In this document: piece by piece, positions 10,990 through 23,651 of the stretch | How the letters are laid out: every line of letters starts with the position of its first letter | Numbering within the stretch: position 1 is the first letter of the stretch | NCBI RefSeq assembly: GCF_036321535.1 | Contig: NC_087456.1 | Location: forward strand, 10,044,001 to 10,108,000 | Length of the DNA: 64,000 bases | Direction: 5' to 3' | Origin: Camelus dromedarius | Lineage: Eukaryota | The notes under the pieces: model-generated | The model's database searches: none | Seen by the model: only the letters and a program-made list of their open reading frames with translations | What the model was told of the DNA's origin: nothing | Made by a program: the position numbers and the translations under genes

Positions 10990-12200
10990 ATTGTTATGTA
11001 CAGCCAGGTGCTTTGTAGAATAACCCTCCATTTGAATCCATTTGACATTTCCTCATAATTATATTCAGGCTACGCGCTTTTTTTGCAAGAATGCCACAAA
11101 AATGATGCTGTGTTCTTCTCAATGAAACACAACAGGAAGCTTAATGTCTATTTGTCCAATTACTGGTGATGTTAATTTTTATCTCTTGATTAAAATGTAG
11201 TGTCCCAGGTGACTCCACTGTAAAGTTAATTACTAAGGATTTTGTACTTATTAATTAATAAGTAATTTGTGGGGAGATGCTTTGACAGTACATAAATATC
11301 TTGTTCCTAGTCAAACTTTCAGCCACCAGTTTTAGTATCTGTTGCTGATTCTTGCCTGAATCATGTAATACTGTGATAGTACTGAAATGGTGGTTTTTTT
11401 CTAATGCCTACACTACTTCTACATTTAAGAGTTGGCATCTTACCATAAGATAGAGCTTTCCCTTCTTTTCCGTTCATTCATTCATTTATATTAATGTAGA
11501 AACATGGATTCTTAATTTTATTTGGTGGGTCATAACTTGTTACTATTGCTATGTATGTTGATGCTCAAAGTGCCAGATTTAGCCAGTAGGAGTTTGCACA
11601 AGCAGGCTCTTGTATGTTGCTATCATATCTTCCAACATTCTTTGAGCACTTTCTTACTTTCTGATGCATGAAGATGTTGCAGACACATCTTGTACTTCCT
11701 ATGACCCATTCCAAGAATTGAACTAATTATTTCCCCAAGATGTCCTGGGTTTTTTTAGTGAATAATAGTATTTGGAAAGCAAAATCTAAAAAAAAAAAAA
11801 AAAAAGGCAAATGAAATTATATATAAAACAGAAACAGACTCACAGACATAGAATACAGACTTGTGGTTGCCAGGGGGAGAAGAGAGGTGGGAAGGGATAG
11901 ACTGGGACTTCGAGATTTGAAAATACTGACTGGTATATATAAAATAGATAAACAATTTTAGACTGTATAGGACAGGGAAATATACTCAGTATCTTGTAGT
12001 AGCTCATGGTGAAAAATAATATGAAAATGAATATATGTATATTCACATATGACTGAAGAATTGTGCTGTACACCAGAAATTGACACAACATTATAAACTG
12101 ACTATAACTCAATTAAAAAAAAGACAAAATCTAGGTGTGTTCATTGTTTCTGACATATCATGGGGTCTTTTCAAAATGCAAACTTATTTTGGTATTTCTG
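10990..12200 (-). mobile_element. Old L1M (L1MC-like) 3' region, interrupted by a younger L1
   Basis: Antisense L1MC-type motifs (actggtgatgttaattt, taagtaatttgtggggagatgctttga); continues across the 11789-12124 insert. Confidence 0.65.
11789..12124 (+). mobile_element. Young 5'-truncated L1 3'UTR (camelid type)
   Basis: cagactcacagacatag...ctgtataggacagggaaatatactcagtatcttg...gaaattgacacaac...A tail; TSD caaaatcta at 11780-11788 and 12125-12133. Confidence 0.9.
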
Positions 12201-13139
12201 ACCATCTATACTTTTTCATTGAAAGATGTCTTTCCCAAGGACCTAGATTTAAAAATTGGAGCAGTCACTCTTGGGAAATAAATAAACCAAAGAATGAGTT
12301 AAGTCAGAGATTCTCGATTTGAAAAATGATAAATTCCTAGTTAAATATGTTAATTGTCATTTTAATCTTTTTTCAAAGGTGTTAACAGCCCCTTTCCCCT
12401 CCTCATACCCCAAATAGGACACAATTGAAAGCAGGTTGATGACCTTCAAGAAAGAAGATGAGGTTCATTTTTTCTTTCTTTCTTTATTACCTCATCCTTG
12501 TTGCTGTTTTTAAACTTTCCATGGTTGAACTGGGGACAGGATGATCAAAGGAATGAGAAGGTTCTGCCTTGACTGGAATTGTCTTAAGGGGGTTCTCTTG
12601 CCTCTGGGCTTGGCAAGAATGTAAAGCTGACCCTTCTTTTCATGAGCAGATTAGTGGGTATTTTAGAGGCTCCCCTACTAAAGCATCCAACTAGAACTCT
12701 CAGTGACATAAGGTCTCTTGGCCAAAATAACTTTTTAAATGTGAGGTTCACATCCTTTCTTCAAGATCATCCACCTTGTACACATTATCAGAAGGAAATT
12801 CAAGTATCTTTCACTATACCGCTATCACAGGCCAGTCCAGCTGGCCTCTCCCTCAGGTTATGATTCCTCCGGCATGTGCTAGATGTCAAGCAATTGTCCC
12901 CCCAACTCTAAATACAAAGTTTCCATACCAAGCTCTCTAAGTGATCTCCTTGGAGGCTCTCCCCAACAGACTGGAGTGAGAAATAATAGAAATCCCAGAA
13001 TAGATTTTTCTCAAAGACATCCTCATCATAAAATTCTTCCATCAATTTCTACAGATCCTTTAACATTTTCCTTGTTGACATGAGAGCCAGCAAAACATTC
13101 TCAGATACCTATTTTTACATTTTTGCCTGGTGACCTGAC

Positions 13140-13810
13140 ACCTCACTTTGCAATTTTTATTTATAGCAGTTTAACATCCTGTTTCATCTCCCTGTCCCCG
13201 CCCATTAAATATTGGTATTCCACAGATTTCTGTCCCTGAGCCAATTATTGCTCTGCTCAGTGTGCTTCCTTCTCTGAGCATTTTTTCCAATCTCAGGGCA
13301 ATAATTATGTGCATGCAAATTACTTCTAAATCCTTATGTCCGGTTCCATTCCTTCACCTGAGTCTCTGACTCCTAATTCCAACTTCTTACTGAGTAATCA
13401 CACTGAGGAAGCTCCCTGAGAATTTTAAATTTAATAAATCCCAAAACAAACTTACTCTTTTCTTCACTATGTTTCTAACTTGCATGTATACACTTTTAGT
13501 TCTGTTCTTCTCTCTCTTCGGAAGGCCCTTACCTTCATCCACACATTTTAATTTTTTCTATGCATTGAGAAACCTACTAACCCTCTAGCTTAGAGGTCAG
13601 CTTATTCCCACGCCTAGAAAAGTGGATTACTTCTCTTCTGGATCCCTCAAATTTTTCTTTCCTCTGTTGCCTTCTGTGTAAGTTCACATGTGTGCCTGTC
13701 TCTGTCGTCAAACCCTGGGAGTTCTTCAATGGCAAGGACCACGTGAGACTCATATCTACATCCAGCAATGCCCAGGGCAGTCCTAGTACATAGTCAGCTC
13801 TCACAAAAGT
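13140..13810 (+). mobile_element. Degenerate LINE2 including 3' end
   Basis: Ends 'gggcagtcctagtacatagtcagctctcacaaaagtgtttg', resembling the L2 terminus. Confidence 0.5.
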
Positions 13811-14539
13811 GTTTGTTTTATGTTCATTTTGGTTTATTTACATCATATCATTTGATTCTTACCACATATCGTCAGAACAAAATTACTACTACCCTCAAAT
13901 TCCAGACTAGAAAATTATAGTTCAAATATGCAACATCACTAGAAACAAGATGTCACAGATAGGAAAGTAGCATTTTTAAATCATAGGCTTCATCCACAGC
14001 CAAGAACTCTTCTTTTCTGGGCTGTTTGTTTCCATTCCAACCTTACAGTGTCCAGCCTTTCAGCCGTCCCTAAAGATCTTTCAGTCCCTAAGCTCCTGCT
14101 ACGTATTTTAAGAGAAAAAATTCATGAGGGCTCTGTCTTTATTCTTCTGCCACCTCCCAATTCCTCCCAAAGAACCAGCTTAAAAGACAGCAATCAATTC
14201 ATTTGACTAATTGACATATCATAGGCTTCCTATTTTGTTTCCTCACAATAATCCACATAAGCTGTTTCAAATACTAGTTCAATGCCATCTCGATGCTTCT
14301 CTGCCTCTTTTGTTTACACAAGCAAGTCATCTACAACGTGGCCTACAGTTAAGAGGGCATTACAGAGCCAGGTAGCCCCCCAAGAGCCAGGTGTCATGGG
14401 AAGAGATGCCCCAGGCTGTTCTCCTCCAGCCCTAGCCTGTGACTCACAGGTGGGTATTGTAAACAGAGACTGATCTTTGTCCTATTAAACTTTTTTTGAT
14501 TCTGATAAAGATTTTCCTCTACTTTGCCAGTAAATATAG

Positions 14540-15035
14540 TTGGCACATTTCTTAGCAGAACCTGAGACAGAGCTTGCATGCAGGTAATTTATTCTGAGAA
14601 GAGCAGGGAGGATACAATTGAGAAGGACAAAAAGCCAGTATGAGGGTATGTTATTAAGCTGTGGACAATGGGACCTCAATTTCACTGGACCCCTTGGAGG
14701 AGCTACTGTGGAATACATTTCAGAAACGTCTCCCTCAGGGAAGGAAGTGGGGAGCTTTTGCCACAGGCTCCCATTTCCTATTAGTCAAAGATTTTTCCTT
14801 GGAATATTAACTCCCTCCCACTCTCTTCTAAGTTGTGTGTGTAGCTGACGTTACTTTCTGCACCATCGCCACTGTGGTGTCTCCTGTTCCTGAGGCAGAA
14901 AGCAAGCACGGGGATGTCGGGTTACACCTGTGGGAGGCTGGTTGCCCTGGCAACAGCTGGGGTAAATTGTGGGCCTGGCCAATGTGAGACAATGCATGTG
15001 AAGAGGCCAGTATAACATGGGTGTCTAAACTGAGC
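14540..15035. mobile_element. Ancient ERVL-class LTR (LTR33/LTR16-like)
   Basis: 'gcagaacctgagacagagcttgcatgcaggtaatttattctgagaag' resembles the LTR33/16 terminal motif. Confidence 0.5.
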
Positions 15036-15678
15036 AACTGGTCTCAATGACAGGACTGCACCAAATTTTCCTTCTGAAGCTAATGGAGACTAGGGAGGGG
15101 AGTCAGGATGTACATAGGGAAGTGTGAAGAATTCTCAGAAGCTAAGAACCATCAGAGTCAGTGCCATTGACAGGAAGAGTCAGAGGATTCAAAGGGCTAC
15201 CACAAGACTGCCAGCAAAGCAGATAGGTGGCCAGACAACTGTGCCTTCGATCGAGCAGTCACTTACTCCAGGATTGTCTGAGTTCGGCTTTGTCTTCTGC
15301 TGCTGGCCTGGGTGCAGCCTGGCCTATCAGGGCTGGACAGACATTCTCACACTCCCCGAGGAAGTTGAGTGTTCCAGAGATCAACCCACCCCGTCCCCAC
15401 CCCCAGCTTTCCTCTGCAAAGTCAGCCTAAGGAAATTTAAGAAGGCATCGCTGCCCTGATCACCTCTGCCTCCAGCTGAGCCTCTCTAGTTTAAATCCTC
15501 ATCTCCTACCTGCCCAGGGGACCAGTGCCCCCTGCTCCTCTCCATTATCCCTGTCCATCACTGCAGTGTCCTCCCAGTGGTCCCTTGTTTTATTATAGGC
15601 AACACTCCAGGGCTTGGCCTCTCCCCACATCTCTTCCCCCAACCCCTTTTAAAACCTTCCTCTTGTGTTGTTTGAGTC

Positions 15679-16297
15679 TATGGTAGGCTAAATAATCCTC
15701 TCCCATCCCTCCACCCCTGCAAAGATGTCCATGACTTAAATCCTGGAAACTGATAATACATTACATTACATTACATGGCAAAAGGGATCTTGCTAATTTG
15801 TGACAAGCCTTAAAACAGGGAGATTATCCTGGATTATTCATGCAGGACAAATCTAATCACTTGAACCCTTAAAAGTTAAGACATTTCACCAGCTGCTGTC
15901 AGTCGGAGATGTGACAAAAGAGAAGCAGGAAAGATGAGGCAGAAGTAGAGGTCAGGAAGGCTGAAGTGTGGAGAAGACATGACCCACCATGGGCCAAGAA
16001 GGCAGGAAGTCTCTAAGGGCTGAAAACAAGCCCAGTCTGACAGCCAGCCGGGAAATCCACAAGACCTCAATCCTACAACCACACAGAGCTGGATTCTGCC
16101 AACAACCCAGGTGAGCCAGCTGCAGATTCCTGCCCAGAGCCTCCAGTAAAGAACGCGGCCCCCAGACACCCTGATCTTAGTCCTAGGAGAGCCATTTCAG
16201 GCTTCGGAGCTACAGACACTGTAAAATAATGAATTGATGTTACTTTCAGCAGCTAATTTGTGGTAATTTGTTAAAGCAGTAATTGAAAACTAAAACT
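15679..16297 (+). mobile_element. MaLR solo LTR, MLT1D-like
   Basis: 'tggtaggctaaataat...aaagatgtcca...ttacatggcaaaaggga...ggagattatcctggattat...ggattctgccaacaacc...taatttgtggtaatttgtta'. Confidence 0.85.
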
Positions 16298-17853
16298 GAG
16301 CCTTAAGTGTTTGAAAAATAACTATTTTGTTTTTCTGTGATAAGCTGATTGATTTTACGGTGCTTTGGATTGGCTACCTTACCCTTGTCTAGAGAAATTG
16401 CATTTTCAAACTTGGGAGCAGTATGGGAAAAAATGGAAGATTCTGAGACATGGGTACCCATCCCAAAGGAGTGCTGCTCTCCACCATCAAACTTAAAACT
16501 TTGAGATTGACATTATCAACGTGAAGGTACAGAGCAAATATTGTTGAGGGATCCCAGACTGTAGGGCTAGCAGTGACTCAGCTGGCCACTTACCCTCAAC
16601 CCCACTGCTTGGAATCCTGAGAAATATGCCACAGGGATGCTCCAGGCAACAGCACACCCAGCTTCCTAGGATCCCTCACCATCCTCCTGTCCCAAAGGTC
16701 TGAACTGGGCAGATCTGTACTCCCTTCATCCCGACCTTCTGATTCCCCCTTGATCTGGCTTCCTTTCTTCTGTTCCGTCTTTAACTCTCTTAGATCCTGC
16801 AAGGAACTTCCCAAACAGATGACAGACCTGCTCCGACTTCCATTCTGTCAGAGAAGTGGAAAAGGGAAGCCAGGAAGCTATGAGAAATGCTGTCCCAATC
16901 TCTTGTTCTCCCTTTAAAGGATTCCCTATCCAGAAAAGGAGGCAAAGGGGGGAATTACTCTGCGATGTCCCCTTTGGGTCATCTTGTGCATGACCCCATT
17001 AAAGTCCCTCTCTGAGATTAGAAAGGAAAGAGGAGAGAGGGGAAGAAATAATGGATGTATAAAGCCAAACAAGAACAATGACAATCAGAGTCCAATTATT
17101 CATCTCTCAATGTGATAAAATCGCCATCCTTCATAACTAATTATAGGATCTGCCTAAACTGACTGTTTCTCTGTTATTACAAAACCTCCTGTTAATTGAT
17201 TAAAATGTGCCTCTGCCCTTGTGTAATCCTCCTCCTTGGCAAACACCTTTCCCCCTTTAGAACACCTTTCGTAACACTTAGATGGCTCCGGTCTCTCACC
17301 TTCTACCCATATATTCAAATAAATTGAGTAGTTGTTTTTATTATTTTGCATGCCTTTAGGTCATGTGTCTTGCCCAAGTTTCTTTTATTCCTCTGCTAAT
17401 GTGACAGCCTTGTCTTAACATTGGATACCAGTTGCATCTGGGTTTCATCCATACTTCTGATCCATATTTCCAGATCATACTCTGCTCTGACATATCAACT
17501 TTCCATATCAGTTCAAACTCATACGTCAACTCTCTCTTTTGATTTCAACCAAAACTGGCCCATATTGTCACCTTGGTCCCTCAGGCAGAATGTGAAAATC
17601 TGACACCATCTTCTCTTTCCAGAGTGGTGCACTCTATGAAAGGTAAAATATACAAGAAGCAGCAAATGGATGATAAATTCGTGGGTAAAAGTTTACAGAG
17701 AAAGAGAAAAAGTATCTCCCCCAAAATATATATTTGTAAAGGGAAATTAGCACCTTTTCAGGGGGGAAAACCTGGTAGACACCACTTTAACCAGGTGATT
17801 AATGTCAACATCACCAGTTATAGTATGTCAGCATTATGTAGCCACTGATATGA

Positions 17854-18585
17854 GCGTGCATGCCTCGGAGATATTGTGGGTTTGGTTCCAGGCTGCCACA
17901 GGAGAGCCAATGTCACAATAAAGCGGGTCACATGAATTCTTTTGGTTTCCCAGTGTATATAAAAGGTATGTCTATTACAGATAAAGAAAACAAACTAGTG
18001 GTTACCAGTGGGGAGAGGAAAGGGGGTGGGGTAAGATAGGGGTAGAGGATTAAGAGGTACAAACTATTATACATAAAATAAATAAGCTACAGGATATATT
18101 ATACAACCAATATTTTATAAATGAAGTATAACCTTTAAAAACTGAATTACTATATAATTTTGTATATATAGTATGTTGTATATCAACTACATCTGAATAA
18201 AAAAGCTTTAAAGTTATACCTACACTATGCTGTAGTCTATTAAGTGTAAATAATGTTATTTCTAAAATAACAATGTACATACCTTAAAAAATACTTTATT
18301 GCTAAAGAAATGCTAACCATCCTCCGAGCCTTCAGCAAGTCATAGTAGTAACAGCAATGATCACTGATCGCAGATCACCATAACAAACATAATAATAATT
18401 AAAAAGTTTACTGCAAGAGTTACCAAAATGTGACACAGAGACATGAAAGGAGTAAATGCTGTTCAAAAAAATAGGGCCGATGGTGTTGCTCAACACAAGG
18501 TTGCCGCAAATCTTCAATTTGTAAGAAAACACAATACCTGTGAAGACTAATAAAGGGAAGTATAATAAAATAAGGTCTGCCTGTA
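17854..18585 (-). mobile_element. Tigger1 internal-deletion derivative (non-autonomous TcMar-Tigger)
   Basis: Both Tigger1 termini present: 'gcatgcctcggagatattgtgggtttggttccagg' and, reverse-complemented, 'tacaggcagaccttattttatt...caaattgaagatttgcggcaacc'; TA at 18584-18585; no transposase ORF. Confidence 0.85.
17975..18208 (+). mobile_element. Truncated L1 3' end nested in Tigger1
   Basis: 'aaacaaactagtggttaccagtggggagagg...gaggtacaaactatta...tatcaactacatctgaataaaaaa'; degenerate TSD taaaaggtatgtcta / taaagttataccta. Confidence 0.8.
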
Positions 18586-20007
18586 CTGAGAAGGACATAT
18601 CACATCTGTGTTGGGTTTTTTTTTTTTTAACCCAAAATGTGTAATCTCAGTCATGAGAAAACATCAGAAAAACATAAATTGAAGAAAATTGTACAAAATA
18701 TCTGACCAGAACTCTTCAAAAATGGCCTGATCACAAAAGACAAGGAAAAACAGGAGCTATCAGTCAAAGATGAGAGGAAACTAAGAAGACATGAGATTGA
18801 ATGCAACACAGCCTCTTGGATTGGATCCTGGACCAGAAGGAAATCAGTGAAAAAAACTGGTGAAATCAGAATAAAATGTATAGCTTAACTAATAGTATTG
18901 CACCAATATGAATTTCTTAGTTTTGATGACTGTAATATGATTATACTAGATATTAACATCAGAAGAATCGGCTAAAGGAATAAGGAGTATTGTTGCAACA
19001 CTTTGTGTATCTAAACGTAACTCTGCTACAAGTTACCTGTGTGACCTTGAAAAACTAAACTCTGAGTCTCTGTTTATTCATCTTTGAAAACTTTTAGATC
19101 AATGGTCTCCAAAGATTCAAACTGAAACACAGAAGCACTATAAACAAACAGATGCATGAAAATGAAAACTGAAATGTGTACACTTAGAAGACAAATCTTT
19201 CACATACAACATTAATCTTCAAAATAACCAAGATAATCATACACAACAGGTGAGAATGTTCAGCAAGACAGTGACTAAAACACTTATCACACACAGTAAG
19301 CACTCAATCAGTGTCATTGTTTGTGACTCAACAAGGTGATTTAGCCTAGAAAGTAGAAAGGCTTTGTTTTGGACCCGGGCCTTCTAGACTGCTAATGTAG
19401 TTCGGAGAAGAGGAGAAGTAAATTATGAAATAGTCCAAAAAATAAAAAAGAATTGACATTCTACAAGAGATAACTTAGATCTGAGAAAGTCAAAGAGAAC
19501 CAGAAAGTTAACAACGACCCAAGAAGAGAAAAATCCCTAGTGGAGTACAATCTGAGGGCAAAGAGGATGATTCAGGCATGTGAGATTCAACGCCTACGGG
19601 ACCATACATATAGGACCAGAGAGGTCAGAGCCACAGGACCACTCTTCCCACCCTCTGCCCAGGGTCAAGAGCAGTCAAATGGATCAGATCACTCGGGCAG
19701 CATTCATGCCCATTCTCCGCGTATCCCTGAATAAATAGCAGTGGAGATTAAGCTGGCTTAGACTTTGCTCCAAAGAATTCTGACTTGAAATGGTTTTGAA
19801 AATGGGCTTTTTGGATTGGTAGAAAAAGCATATGGCACATGTTTGAACAGAAGTTCAAAAGAGTAATCAAGGGACAATTTGAAAACATTTGGTACATCTG
19901 CTTCTAGGAATGGCAGGCTAGGTTATTTGAACTAATTCTCCAGCTAAGAAAAAATAAAAGGTTGGATAAAATATTTTTAAATGTTTTCTTTAAAGTATCC
20001 AAGACCT

Positions 20008-20770
20008 GAGGCAGTGACGTCACCAAGATGGTGGAGTAGGAGACCCCAGCCTCCATCCCCCAGCAAAGATGAACAATTAGACAGCTATCCGTGATCAAAC
20101 ATAGCTCAGTGAGAGCCCAGGAATCCAGTTAAGGAGCTTCAGCAACACCATGAAACAACAGCAACAACTAAAAACTGAGAACACCGCACAAAAAGGGTAG
20201 AAGGAAGAGCTTCGTTTTGCCTGCATCACCCCATCCCCCAGGCCAGCACCAAAAGGTAACTCCCCAGCTCAAAAGAGTTTCTCTTCCCCGTAAAGGGAGA
20301 GTGGAGTGAGCAACCACCTTCCCCATCTTGCCCACTTTTCAGGGCACTGCGTGAAGCGTCTGCTTTGATTTCACCCCACCCGGAGACCCGTAAGGCTGAG
20401 ACATCTAGAGAAGGCGAGGAACAAGGAGAGAGGGCAGGGGTTACCAGTATCAGCCACACAGCGGGAGCCATCATGGTCTCCCATGGAATTTTCACCACTG
20501 AGGGTGTCAGCAGTCCTTGTGTGTATTGTGGGCACCCCAGCTTTCCTCACTGAGGACCTCCTTGCACTCCCCAGCAGACTACTTCGCAGAGCCCCCAATC
20601 GGCTTTCACCCACGAAGAAGCCGACAACCAGCACAGCCATCCTGGACCCCCTGCAGATTTCTCTGCTGAAGTTTTTACATTTGCAGACACAGGTGAGACA
20701 AGCAGATGCATCTTTAAGTAGCTGTAAGCCAAATTCTGACAGTCAGGTGGAAATTGCTTAAATTGCCCTG
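20008..20770 (+). mobile_element. L1 5'UTR fragment nested in older L1
   Basis: Begins 'gcagTGACGTCAccAAGATGGtggagtagg' (typical L1 start with YY1-like motif); GC-rich; right boundary approximate. Confidence 0.7.
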
Positions 20771-21881
20771 ATCAAGGTTGTCCAAAAATGTCAAGTTTGG
20801 CTGTATTTTCCCCAGGTAACTGAGAAAGCAAATTCAGATTAGCTCTAAGGGGAGGGACTTCATCCAGGTCCTCTGAGAACATAAACAAATGCCATGGGTG
20901 ACACAGAACAGTTTTCAATAATGTAAGGAAAAAGGGGTAACAGGAGGGTGAATCAACAGACAACAACAAGGAGCAGAAACGGATCCCTAAAGACCTCAGA
21001 TACTGAAACCATTAGAAATTGATTTGAGAACCGTGATATTTACTAATTAAATAAAATGTTAAGTTAAAATATCTGCTTTTAAAAATGACAGACTTTAAGG
21101 AACACTGGTCCAAACCCAGTGTGTAAGGAGCTTGGAAGTCATTGTTCCTTCACACACACACAAAAAGTTAAACAAATTAAAAATCAATAACTTAGATCCA
21201 TCAAAGAATGGAGTCATAGGGCACAGCGATACCCCCAGAATAGCAGAGACAAACAAGCAAATATAAAGAATCATAACTTTAAAGAAACAAAAACCTTCCC
21301 CCGAAACCAGACCTGGGGTAGGAAAACCTAAATTGTAATTGATGAATTGCTGGAGGTTCAGTACAGGCAAGCCTGAGAGTGAAAAACTCCAGGAGTAGGG
21401 GGCTCAGTATTCGCACTTTTGTGAGTTTCACGCAGGAGCTATATCAAATCCTCAAAGTTATCATTAGAGAAAAATCCCCTCAAGAAACTATTTAAGATAC
21501 ACCAGACCACTCTGTTCTTCTTAACAAGGCCTGATTTTAAGAGAAACTATTTTAACACAGCCAAACGCTGATTTTTATCAGAGCCCACCTGACCTGGAGG
21601 TAGGGCAATGCCCGACTCCAGTCCATGCTCGCCCTCCTGCTGTGTAAAGGGGGAACAACCCAACAAGACAAAACAAGAAGCACTTGTGAAGGTCACAGCC
21701 CAGGAGTGCAGGCTCACTAGGAGACTGGCACCCAGTCGTAGGACTATGGAATCCTTCTCCCCCGACACCCTCCCACCACATCAGTAGGGTTCCTGTATCG
21801 TAACAAGGACATACAACTGAAAAAAACTGCATGTCTCAGATATTCTTTAAGAAGTGTGTAGGGAAACAAAACAAAACAAGA

Positions 21882-22067
21882 CAGTATAGCACAGGGAAAT
21901 ATATACACGATCTTGTGGTAGCTCACAGTGAAAAAAAGAATGTGACAATAAATATATGTATGTTCATGTATAACTGAAAAATTGTGCTCTACACTGGAAT
22001 TTGACACAACGTTGTAAAATGATTATGAATCAATAAAAAATGTTTAAAAAAAACAGACAAACAAACA
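21882..22067 (+). mobile_element. Young short L1 3' end
   Basis: 'cagtatagcacagggaaatatatacacgatcttgtggtagctcacagtg...gacacaacgttgtaaaatg...caataaaaaatgtttaaaaaa'; TSD aaaacaaga. Confidence 0.85.
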
Positions 22068-23520
22068 AAAACAAGAGGGGAAACAAAAACAAAGATATTA
22101 GAGTAAATTTTAGCTTCAGCATTCAGTTACAGCAGACAGTATAACACAGTCTAACCAGATAAACATAAAACCTCACACTAAAGGCCTATTTATCTCAGTT
22201 CCTTTCTACTCAGAACATCATATCCGGCTCACAACAAAAAATTAGAAATCATACTGAAAGACAAAAACATAGTTTAAATTTACAAAGTAAGCTTCTGAGC
22301 CAGACCCGGCTATGGCAGAGACACTAGAATTATCAGGCCAGGAATTTAAAATAAATACAATTATTTTGCTAAAGGATCTAATGAGAAAAAAATGAACAAT
22401 GTGCAAGAACAGAGGGTACTATAAGCTGAGAGATGGAAATTCTAAGAAATAATCAAAAGAAAATTATAGAAAGCAAAACACAGTGACAGATATAAAGAAT
22501 GCCTTTGATAGTTTTATCAGTAAACTAGACGTAGCTAAAGGAAGAAGCAATTAGCTTGAATAAATGTCAATAGAAATTTCCAAATTGAAATGCAAAGAGA
22601 AAAAATAATGAAAAAGATGTAACAGAATATCCAAGAATTGTGAGACAATTACAAAAGGTATAACGTGCACATTATGGGAACACCAGGAAAAGAAAGAGAA
22701 AAAGGAGCAGAAGCAATATTTGAAGCAATAATGACTGAGAACTTCCCAAAATTAATGATAGGCACCAGAACACAGATCTAGGAAGCCCAGAGAACACCAG
22801 GCATCACACAATGACAAAAATATTAGTAACCCAAAAAGGTAAACGAACGTAGAGCAGATACAGCAAACATGAAGCACAAAATAAAAAGCTGGATTTAAAC
22901 CCAAAAGTTCCAGGAATTATATTATGTATAAATGAACAAAATTTTTTACATGAAAGACTAACTTTCAAGAGCATTGAGTTATATGTTATTTAAAAGAAAC
23001 ATACCTAAAAGTTAAGGATAGAAAAGGCTTTAAAAATTGATTGAAAGCTTTAAACAAAAGAAACCTCACATGGCTATATTAATATCAGTCAAAACAGACT
23101 TTCAGATGAAAAGCATCACTAGAGGTAAAGATAACTTTATAATGATAAAAGCTAAATTCAAACAGTAAATTAAACCAATTTGACACTTGCATGCACCTAA
23201 TAATATGGGCTTCAAAATATGCAAAGCAAAAATGTACAGCTACAAGCATTTGACATAATAAGAGAAAAATCAGTAAAGAAACAGAATATTTGAACAAAAT
23301 TAATCTATAGACGTATGTGGAAGACTCCATTCAAGAACTATAGAACATATATTATTTTGTAGCATACATACATAGAACATTTTAAAAAACAATTATATAC
23401 TGGGACATAAAGCAAACTGAATAATTTAAAAAATAGACTTCATAGACTATGTTCTCTGACAACAATGTAATTTAGCTAAAAATCAGTAACAAAAAGTCAA
23501 CTTGAAAAGCTCTATTTGTA

Positions 23521-23651
23521 GGGGGAGGATATAGCTCAAGTGGTAGAGCACATGCTTAGCCTACATAAGGTCCTGGGTTCAATCCCCAGGACCATCTCTA
23601 AAAATAAATCAATAAATAAATGAACCTAACTACCTCCTCCGTCCCCTCCCA
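23521..23651 (+). mobile_element. Camelid tRNA-Ala-derived SINE, long-tail form, inserted in L1 ORF2
   Basis: tRNA-like head plus 'aataaataaatgaacctaactacctcc' tail; TSD aaaagctctatttgta / aaaagccctatttggta. Confidence 0.9.

Larger units (their letters stand above)
17690..19015 (+). mobile_element. Old L1MC-type 3' region hosting the Tigger1 insertion
   Basis: 'ggaaaacctggtagacaccactttaaccaggtgat' on the left resumes as 'gaaggacatatcacatctgtg...ggattggatcctggaccagaa...atttcttagttttgat' on the right. Confidence 0.7.
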
